A DNA stretch of 32,000 nt, from NCBI GenBank assembly GCA_965228485.1, contig OZ245819.1:1260001-1292000 (forward strand), written 5' to 3'. The position numbers and the translations under genes are program-made. This document shows, piece after piece, positions 26,421-32,000 of this stretch (its first letter is position 1; every line of letters starts with the position of its first letter). The notes below the pieces were generated by a model, which was not told the DNA's origin, did no database searches, and worked only from the letters and a program-made list of their open reading frames with translations. This DNA is from Candidatus Saccharimonadota bacterium (GTDB lineage: Bacteria; Patescibacteriota; Gracilibacteria; UBA4473).

Positions 26421-27701
26421 TTAGTAGCCCAATAATTCAATTCGCCATTCTAAATGATGAAGAGTGTTCATGAAGTTGATGTAAGCATCATAAGGGCTGT
26501 CGTAAGGAGAAAAGTAGGTATGGACATCTCCATCAGCCCAGAACTTAGTAGACATGTAGTAAAGATGGTCAGAGGTTTGAAGTCGACGGAAGTCATTCCA
26601 TATTTCTATAACCTTTGCATTTTCATTGTTTTGTAGCGGGAAAAGTCGTGCCTCTATTCTTTGTATTTCGTGAAAAGCATTTCGTTGCATATCATTTTCA
26701 AGCCAAGCAGAAATATCTCTCTCTTCATCAGCCCAGGAGATGAACTCTACCGCTTTATAATGAGATTGTGCTTCGTAATCTTTAATGGTTTGAGATGGAG
26801 TTTTGAAGGTTATCCCTCGATCTTGACAAGCTCTTGGTAGGTGCCTTAAGAATTCAAAGATTCCAGTATCTTCCCATTGATGTTCTCCAAAGGTTTCAAA
26901 GTCCATAAAGAGATTGATAGTGTCCCCTGGACAATCTTGTACCCATTCAGCAAAAGTATCGGCGGTCAGAGGTTTTTCTGAGCGGGTAGTTTGACTGAAT
27001 CTAAAGGCAATATCATCTGATAGTTGATAGTTTTTTGTGAGGACTTTTATGTGTTCCTTTGGAGGTGTTTTATCAACACTAAATTGTTGCGTGAGTTCGT
27101 AATCTTCAGTAGGTAATTCTATTGAGTGGTTGAATCGGATGATATTTGGATTGTCTTCTGGGAGAGCTGTAGCCCATCCTTCAGCAATAATTCCTTTATA
27201 CCCCAAAAGTCTTATGAACTCTCCCAAATCATCACGATAGATGAGTTCCGTATTTCGAAAAACTTCTGGTTTTTGATCAAAATGCTCGATCATTTTTTCT
27301 CTCTGCATTTCAATCTGTTTGACGAATTCTAGTTTAGAATAGAGAAAAGAGAGTGAATGGTAATAAGTTTCTGCGAGAAATTCAGCTTTTCCTGTTTTTG
27401 CCAGAGCCTTGAAGTTTTCTAAGACCTGTGTTCCTGGATCAGTAAATTTTTCACACTGTTCTACAAAAACTCCAGAGAGAGAAAAGCTACAATGAAAATC
27501 AGGGTATTCTTCAGCTAGTTCTTTTAGGAGTTGGGTTGTTGGTAGGTAGCATTTATGGCTTACTTTAGCGAAAATCTCTTCATTGCTTTGAGGGATAACT
27601 CCCTTAAAATAAGCATGATCTCCAGGTTGATATCGGAGTAGATGCGGACGAATTCTGAAGGGTTGATGTACCTGAAAGTAAAAACAAATTGATTGAGCCA
27701 T
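26421..27701 (-). CDS. Glycoside hydrolase family 57 protein
   Basis: The N-terminus 'ICFYFQVHQPFRIR' is typical of GH57. 426 aa. It is tightly linked to the GT gene (2-nt gap). Confidence 0.8.
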   Translation of the reverse strand: MAQSICFYFQVHQPFRIRPHLLRYQPGDHAYFKGVIPQSNEEIFAKVSHKCYLPTTQLLKELAEEYPDFHCSFSLSGVFVEQCEKFTDPGTQVLENFKALAKTGKAEFLAETYYHSLSFLYSKLEFVKQIEMQREKMIEHFDQKPEVFRNTELIYRDDLGEFIRLLGYKGIIAEGWATALPEDNPNIIRFNHSIELPTEDYELTQQFSVDKTPPKEHIKVLTKNYQLSDDIAFRFSQTTRSEKPLTADTFAEWVQDCPGDTINLFMDFETFGEHQWEDTGIFEFLRHLPRACQDRGITFKTPSQTIKDYEAQSHYKAVEFISWADEERDISAWLENDMQRNAFHEIQRIEARLFPLQNNENAKVIEIWNDFRRLQTSDHLYYMSTKFWADGDVHTYFSPYDSPYDAYINFMNTLHHLEWRIELLGY

Positions 27702-27703
27702 GG

Positions 27704-28981
27704 TTAAAAATTTTCATAAAGTTCTATCATTCGAGCGGCTTGAGTTTCCCAGGTAAGCCGCGCTCGATGTTGCATTGCTTTTTCCCGGAGTGTTCTTCGA
27801 AGTTCTGGATATCTCTGCAGGGCTAATGTGTATTCAGCCATTTTTTCACTATCCCAAAAATCTACTTCTAGCTTATGCCCGATTATTTCATTTGCACCAC
27901 AATTTTTTGAAATGATTAATGGTGTACAGTTATCAATTACTTCAATGGCGGTTAGACCAAACGGTTCAGAAACAGAAGGAATAATGCAAGCGTCTGCAAG
28001 CATGTAGAGGGCATCTCGCTTTGCAGGAGGCAGGAAACCATGGCAGTGGACATTGTCTTGGATTCCATAGTCGGCAATCATTTTTTTTATTTGAGGCATC
28101 ATGTCGCCATCTCCGGCAATATGAAAATGAATTTTTGAATTATGAGGGATAACTTTAGCCGCTGTTTCTACGAAGTACTCAGGTCCTTTTTGTAGAGTTA
28201 CACGTCCAATAAAAAGAACCCAAAATTGAGATTTATCTTTTGGAAATTGACGAGCTTTTTCGTATTCAGGGGTTGGTGCTTTTGCTTCGTAAGCGTTGTA
28301 TACAACTTTTACTTTTTCAGAGGGAATTCCATAAACGTCCACTAATATTTTTTTTGTATATTGGCTTACGGTAATCACTTGATCGGCAAACTCCATGGCA
28401 TATTTTTCCCTTTTAAAAACCTCTCCATCAGGATTTGGGTTTCCTGTTCGATCTACTTCTGTAGCATGAATCTGGATGATATAGGGGAGTCCTCTTTGAA
28501 GTTTTAATTGAATAGCCGCTTCCGCTGTAATCCAGTCATGAGCATGGACGATATCAAATTTATTATCTTTAGTAAGAGCCACAACTTCAGCGGCAAATCG
28601 ATCAATTTCCTGAAAAAGATTTTCACCATAAACGGTTAAATTTTTCTTTTTTTGATTTTTGTCTTCTTGTGTATTTAGCGTTTTTTTGAGTTGTTGATAG
28701 CTCTGTTGATTGAGATATGGAGAGTAGAGGAGAGTATTAACTCCGATAGTTTTTACTGAATTTTCGTAGTGGGTTTGGTCCTTGAAGGTCAAAAGAGGTA
28801 CTCCAGGGTCAAACTGAGCAGTAATAATTTCTTGAGTAATAAATTGTGGAAGTACGAGCGTTATGTCTGCTCCCTGAGATACGAGGGCTTGTGCTAAATT
28901 TTTAGTTACCACGCCCAAACCGCCGGAAAAAAGTGGCGGGTATTCCCATCCGAGCATTAGAACTTTTTTCCTTGAGGGCAT
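27704..28981 (-). CDS. Glycosyltransferase, glycogen/alpha-glucan synthase-like (GT-B, GT4/GT5)
   Basis: 'VLMLGWEYPPLFSGGLGVV' N-terminus and C-terminal E-x7-E block 'SVSEPFGLTAIEVI'. 425 aa. Confidence 0.75.
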   Translation of the reverse strand: MPSRKKVLMLGWEYPPLFSGGLGVVTKNLAQALVSQGADITLVLPQFITQEIITAQFDPGVPLLTFKDQTHYENSVKTIGVNTLLYSPYLNQQSYQQLKKTLNTQEDKNQKKKNLTVYGENLFQEIDRFAAEVVALTKDNKFDIVHAHDWITAEAAIQLKLQRGLPYIIQIHATEVDRTGNPNPDGEVFKREKYAMEFADQVITVSQYTKKILVDVYGIPSEKVKVVYNAYEAKAPTPEYEKARQFPKDKSQFWVLFIGRVTLQKGPEYFVETAAKVIPHNSKIHFHIAGDGDMMPQIKKMIADYGIQDNVHCHGFLPPAKRDALYMLADACIIPSVSEPFGLTAIEVIDNCTPLIISKNCGANEIIGHKLEVDFWDSEKMAEYTLALQRYPELRRTLREKAMQHRARLTWETQAARMIELYENF

Positions 28982-28993
28982 ATTTTTTTATTT

Positions 28994-29023
28994 ATTTTAA
29001 GTCCGTCCTTTATTCTAATTCAA
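28994..29023 (-). promoter_or_regulatory. Candidate promoter of the glucan operon
   Basis: Minus-strand TTGAAT (29023-29018), 18-nt spacer, TAAAAT (28999-28994), 13 nt upstream of the GT gene ATG. Confidence 0.3.
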
Positions 29024-29104
29024 AGCTTAGCTTAGGTATGCAAAAAAACTATATTTTGACTTCTAATATTTTTAAAATATGGCTTTGTTTTGTTTAACTT
29101 GTTT

Positions 29105-30268
29105 TTAAGGTTCAACAATATAGACATCAGAGCCCCCAAAAGGAAAGAGCCCAATTTTTTCATTAGTGTTAGCGTTGATCCAATTTGGTAGGTAGAGAAC
29201 AAATCGGTGAGAGTGTTCAGGTTCTGCGTCAGAAGCTATATCAGTAAATAGTTTCAAAACCTTTAATTGGTTTTCTGGAAGGATTTGTGTGCTTGAAAAC
29301 TTGAATGTAATAATATCATCTTTAGCCGTTGTGTAATCGGTGATTCGTTGACCATTCATTTCTAGCCATACTCGGTCAAAGTCGTCGATTTCTCCAAAAC
29401 CAATTCGTCTCAATTGTATTTCTGATAGATCAATGTCTGATTTTCTGGCCACCATTTCTAGTGCAAAGGCTCCAACATTCTTTTGTCCTGGAGTTACTTC
29501 TAATCTTTTTGATTGGTAGTCTGGGCGTTTCATATCAAGAGTCCCAGCATCATCGGTTACGGCCATTTTTATGGTGAAATTACCAGCAATATCATAGGGA
29601 TCTTCTTTTGGGGTGGTGGTAACTCCTGGGTTTTTTTGGTTTTCAGTTATGTAGTTTTTATCGGCTCGAATAGCTCTATAGATCTGTTCAAAAACTTCTG
29701 CTCTGGTTGGAGAAATAGCGGCATTAAATTTATTAGATTCTACGTTGAATGGGAGTAGTCCTTGGGTGTTTAGTGTTTCTATATAAGGTTCATACCAATT
29801 TCCTGTATGTCCTGCGGTATTTACATTAAGAATAAAGGACTTAGCGACTAGTTTGGCTACTTCGGCTCGATTAATAGAGTTTCCTGGTCTAAAGTTTCCA
29901 TCTGGATACCCCTTAATCCACCCGAGAGAATAAGCGGTCTCAATATATGGGTAAAACCAGTGCTCAGGGCGCACATCCGGGAAAGTTGGATTGATTGGGC
30001 TGATCAGTTGTTGATCCGTGGCGTTAATAAGAATCTTTGCAAATTCAGCCCGATTGATAGTGGTATTTGGTTTTAATGTTCCATCATCATTACCACTAAT
30101 TATGTCAGATCGAAGCATAGCATCAAAAGCATTTTTAGCCCAGTCCGGAACAATGGTTTTATCGGTGTAATCTTCTAATTTGTTTGTGGCCAGAGCTGAA
30201 GAAAAAAACACAGTCAAAATAAGAACTGTGCTGATTTGTGTGATGATTTTGTATTTTCTTTTAAGCAT
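29105..30268 (-). CDS. Secreted protein with three SLH (S-layer homology) domains
   Basis: Signal peptide 'ILTVFFSSALA'. SLH repeats include 'FPDVRPEHWFYPYIETAYSLGWIKGYPDGNFRPGNSINRAEVAKLV' plus two flanking copies. The C-terminal region is beta-rich. Confidence 0.8.
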   Translation of the reverse strand: MLKRKYKIITQISTVLILTVFFSSALATNKLEDYTDKTIVPDWAKNAFDAMLRSDIISGNDDGTLKPNTTINRAEFAKILINATDQQLISPINPTFPDVRPEHWFYPYIETAYSLGWIKGYPDGNFRPGNSINRAEVAKLVAKSFILNVNTAGHTGNWYEPYIETLNTQGLLPFNVESNKFNAAISPTRAEVFEQIYRAIRADKNYITENQKNPGVTTTPKEDPYDIAGNFTIKMAVTDDAGTLDMKRPDYQSKRLEVTPGQKNVGAFALEMVARKSDIDLSEIQLRRIGFGEIDDFDRVWLEMNGQRITDYTTAKDDIITFKFSSTQILPENQLKVLKLFTDIASDAEPEHSHRFVLYLPNWINANTNEKIGLFPFGGSDVYIVEP

Positions 30269-30291
30269 TTGCGTTTGTTAGTCAAAACGCA

Positions 30292-30864
30292 TTATGCCGT
30301 GAGTGGTGACTCTTTTTCAACTGCTTTTTCTGGAATTACGTTTTCAATAGCTGCAAAACGTGAAGTTGTTTCCTCTGGAATGATAATCGTTACTTGGTCT
30401 CCAACCTTTGCTCGATAAAAGGTAACCGAAGCATAAAGTACATTGTATACTTTTTTATCAACAAGTACTTGATATTGAGAACCATCTAAAACGAGGTGTC
30501 CAACAATTAGTTTTCGAGGAACAAGTTCAATCTGTTTATAGATAAAGGCCCCGTTTTCGGCGATGGTGAGTTTTAGTCTGTCGCCTTCTACAAGTTTTGA
30601 TTTAGAAGCATAATTAGCCGGTACTGGATAGATGTTCCCGTCTTTATCTACCATATTTTGACCGTCAAAAGCACCTTCAATCACTTTTCCAGAATCACTG
30701 TTGTCGACTTCTAATTGTGCTTCTTGGACAATGTTTTCAATAGATTTGCTTGGTAGACCAATAGATTTCCCAAGCTTCTCGGCCCACTTTTCTGCGGCCT
30801 TGAGAGATGATTGAGCCGCTTCAAGTGACTCGATAAGCTTTAGCATGATTTCTTTTTCTTGCAT
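30292..30864 (-). CDS. Hypothetical protein (family not recognised)
   Basis: The ORF is intact, 23 nt upstream of the SLH gene. An N-terminal helical segment is followed by beta-rich repeats ('VIEGAFDGQNMVDKDGNIYPVPANYASKSKLVEGD'). First ATG is 30864. The ORF-track TTG is 30879. Confidence 0.55.
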   Translation of the reverse strand: MQEKEIMLKLIESLEAAQSSLKAAEKWAEKLGKSIGLPSKSIENIVQEAQLEVDNSDSGKVIEGAFDGQNMVDKDGNIYPVPANYASKSKLVEGDRLKLTIAENGAFIYKQIELVPRKLIVGHLVLDGSQYQVLVDKKVYNVLYASVTFYRAKVGDQVTIIIPEETTSRFAAIENVIPEKAVEKESPLTA

Positions 30865-30889
30865 GTTTTTTTTAAACAACGGTCAGACC

Positions 30890-30918
30890 ATTTTATCAGA
30901 AAATGGCACTTTTTTCAA
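30890..30918 (-). promoter_or_regulatory. Candidate promoter for the hypothetical-SLH operon
   Basis: Minus-strand TTGAAA (30918-30913), 17-nt spacer, TAAAAT (30895-30890). The CCATTTT/AAAATGG hairpin (30888-30906) overlaps its -10 box and spacer. Confidence 0.5.
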
Positions 30919-30970
30919 TTACAATTCATCATTTTTTTTGCCTTTCGGGATTTGGACGCTAGTATCTCTG

Positions 30971-31156
30971 ATGATGCAAAAAATAGTTTTACCTTTAGTA
31001 TTGGCTTTCGTAGTTGGTGGAATGTTTGGTTTTAGTGCTCGTGCACATCAAACTAACGTTCAACTAGATGATATTGCTGAAAATAGCCAAGCCAGATTTG
31101 TCACAGTTAGTAGCAATCCAGGATTGGGTGGTGGCGGTGGTTCTTGTGGTTCTTAA
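30971..31156 (+). CDS. Small secreted peptide with a Gly-rich, Cys-containing C-terminus
   Basis: 61 aa: MMQKIVLPLVLAFVVGGMFGFSARA|HQTNVQLDDIAENSQARFVTVSSNPGLGGGGGSCGS. It has a Sec-type signal with an AxA site and A/T-ending codons like neighbouring genes. It lies 30 nt upstream of the DsbA-like gene. The upstream part of the ORF-track ORF (from 30845) is rejected. Confidence 0.4.
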   Translation: MMQKIVLPLVLAFVVGGMFGFSARAHQTNVQLDDIAENSQARFVTVSSNPGLGGGGGSCGS

Positions 31157-31186
31157 TCTTTATTAATTTTTTAATACACACAAAAT

Positions 31187-32000
31187 ATGAGTCCAGAGAA
31201 GAAAAAAACGACTACAAAGAGTCGTGCAACGAAGACAACAAAAAAGAAAGTAGCTTCGAAGTCTACAACAGCGAAAAAAACTGCTGCCCCTAAAAAGGCT
31301 GAAGTAGTACAGACCGTAGAAACAAGTGCAAGTTCAGGAATGAACTGGCTGCCATGGATTTTGGTTATGGCTTTATTGGGAGTTTTGTTCGGTGTTTTCT
31401 TTGCGGATATGCATACAAAAAATAAATTTGGAACTGGGAAAGATATGGTTGTAGTGGGAGAACAAACATGGATGCCTGTTCCAGGAAAACCCGTCGATGT
31501 GATGGTTCTTAATGATGAAAACTGTGGTCAAGGTTGTGATACTACAGCAGCTTTGGATGCATTGCGGCAAAATATCACTCCTGCATTAATGATTTCAGAA
31601 ATCTCTATTAATAGTGATGAAGGACAAAGACTTGTGAGTGAGTTAGATTTAGTGTCTGTTCCACAATATTTCTTTGGTCAGAATATTGAAGAAATGGAGG
31701 CTGAAGATGGAACACGGTTTATCGATAATATGCCAGAAGGAATTTTGGTTCAGAATGATGATATGTATTGGATTAACGGTTCAGCTGTCGGGTTTCCAAC
31801 AGGGAAATTTATTAAGGCTCCAGAATTTGCAAATTTAGATACAGAGCCTAAAAAAGGAACAGGGCCAGTTCAAGTTGTAGAATTTACTGATTATCAGTGT
31901 CCTTTCTGTAAAAGATTATTTGATAATAATCGAGAGCTTATTGATGAACTTATAGCGGATGATAAGATTACCTATGTAGTTAAAGATTTTCCATTAGGAT
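31187..32000 (+). CDS. Membrane-anchored DsbA/thioredoxin-family oxidoreductase (partial, runs off window end)
   Basis: Hand translation is open from ATG 31187 to the window end. It gives a K/T/A-rich tail 'KKKTTTKSRATKTTKKKVASKSTTAKKTAAPKKA', a TM segment 'WLPWILVMALLGVLFGVFFA', and 'VQVVEFTDYQCPFCKRL' with a CPFC active site. It is absent from the ORF track. Confidence 0.75.
   Translation, partial: MSPEKKKTTTKSRATKTTKKKVASKSTTAKKTAAPKKAEVVQTVETSASSGMNWLPWILVMALLGVLFGVFFADMHTKNKFGTGKDMVVVGEQTWMPVPGKPVDVMVLNDENCGQGCDTTAALDALRQNITPALMISEISINSDEGQRLVSELDLVSVPQYFFGQNIEEMEAEDGTRFIDNMPEGILVQNDDMYWINGSAVGFPTGKFIKAPEFANLDTEPKKGTGPVQVVEFTDYQCPFCKRLFDNNRELIDELIADDKITYVVKDFPLG

Noticed and set aside
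30845-30970. Longer 103-aa version of the small-peptide ORF
   Set aside because: The upstream 42 codons cover the divergent gene's start and the promoter region and encode junk-like sequence. The signal-peptide-like start at ATG 30971 is more plausible.
1-32000. CRISPR arrays, IS elements, integrases, prophage genes, rRNA, and toxin-antitoxin or known defence modules
   Set aside because: No regularly spaced direct repeats, transposase or integrase motifs, or rRNA-like sequence were seen on either strand. The only reiterated DNA is the in-frame AKK repeat and the short hairpins reported above.

Overview
This is a gene-dense, visibly AT-rich chromosomal segment read with the standard code: TGA acts as a stop and long ORFs are uninterrupted. 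Many start/stop codons overlap or abut, and most intergenic gaps are under 120 nt. This style fits a small-genome uncultivated bacterium, possibly CPR/Peregrinibacteria-like, but that is inference only. Most content is housekeeping: leuS, hisS, recR, murB, tag, thrC, purK-purE, tRNA-Asp(GTC), an ArgB-like amino-acid kinase, an NAD-dependent sugar epimerase, a GT2 and an MBL-fold hydrolase. There is a four-gene minus-strand alpha-glucan operon (GT4/GT5-like synthase, GH57, GH15 glucoamylase-like, ROK kinase). Envelope genes include a membrane-anchored SLT lytic transglycosylase, a triple-SLH protein, a lipoprotein, an SMR-like 4-TM protein, an MFS transporter and a DsbA-like oxidoreductase. The DsbA-like ORF runs off the 3' end of the window and is missing from the ORF track. 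I found no CRISPR array, transposase, integrase, rRNA or recognisable defence or toxin-antitoxin module. I cannot point to a clear novel multi-gene system. Four items deserve a second look. First, the largest non-coding gap (8095-8368) holds a compound GTCATCCTGAG...CTCAGGATGAC palindrome with an extended -10 box in its loop. Second, the same gap holds two inverted copies of a small hairpin whose stems differ by compensatory changes around a conserved CTTGT loop; a DUF4238-like gene remnant lies just upstream. Third, a small signal-peptide ORF ends in GLGGGGGSCGS, reminiscent of microcin B17, directly upstream of the DsbA-like gene. Fourth, two membrane-anchored proteins carry Lys/Ala/Thr-rich histone-H1-like tails. 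All functional calls rest on motifs read by eye; no database search was run.
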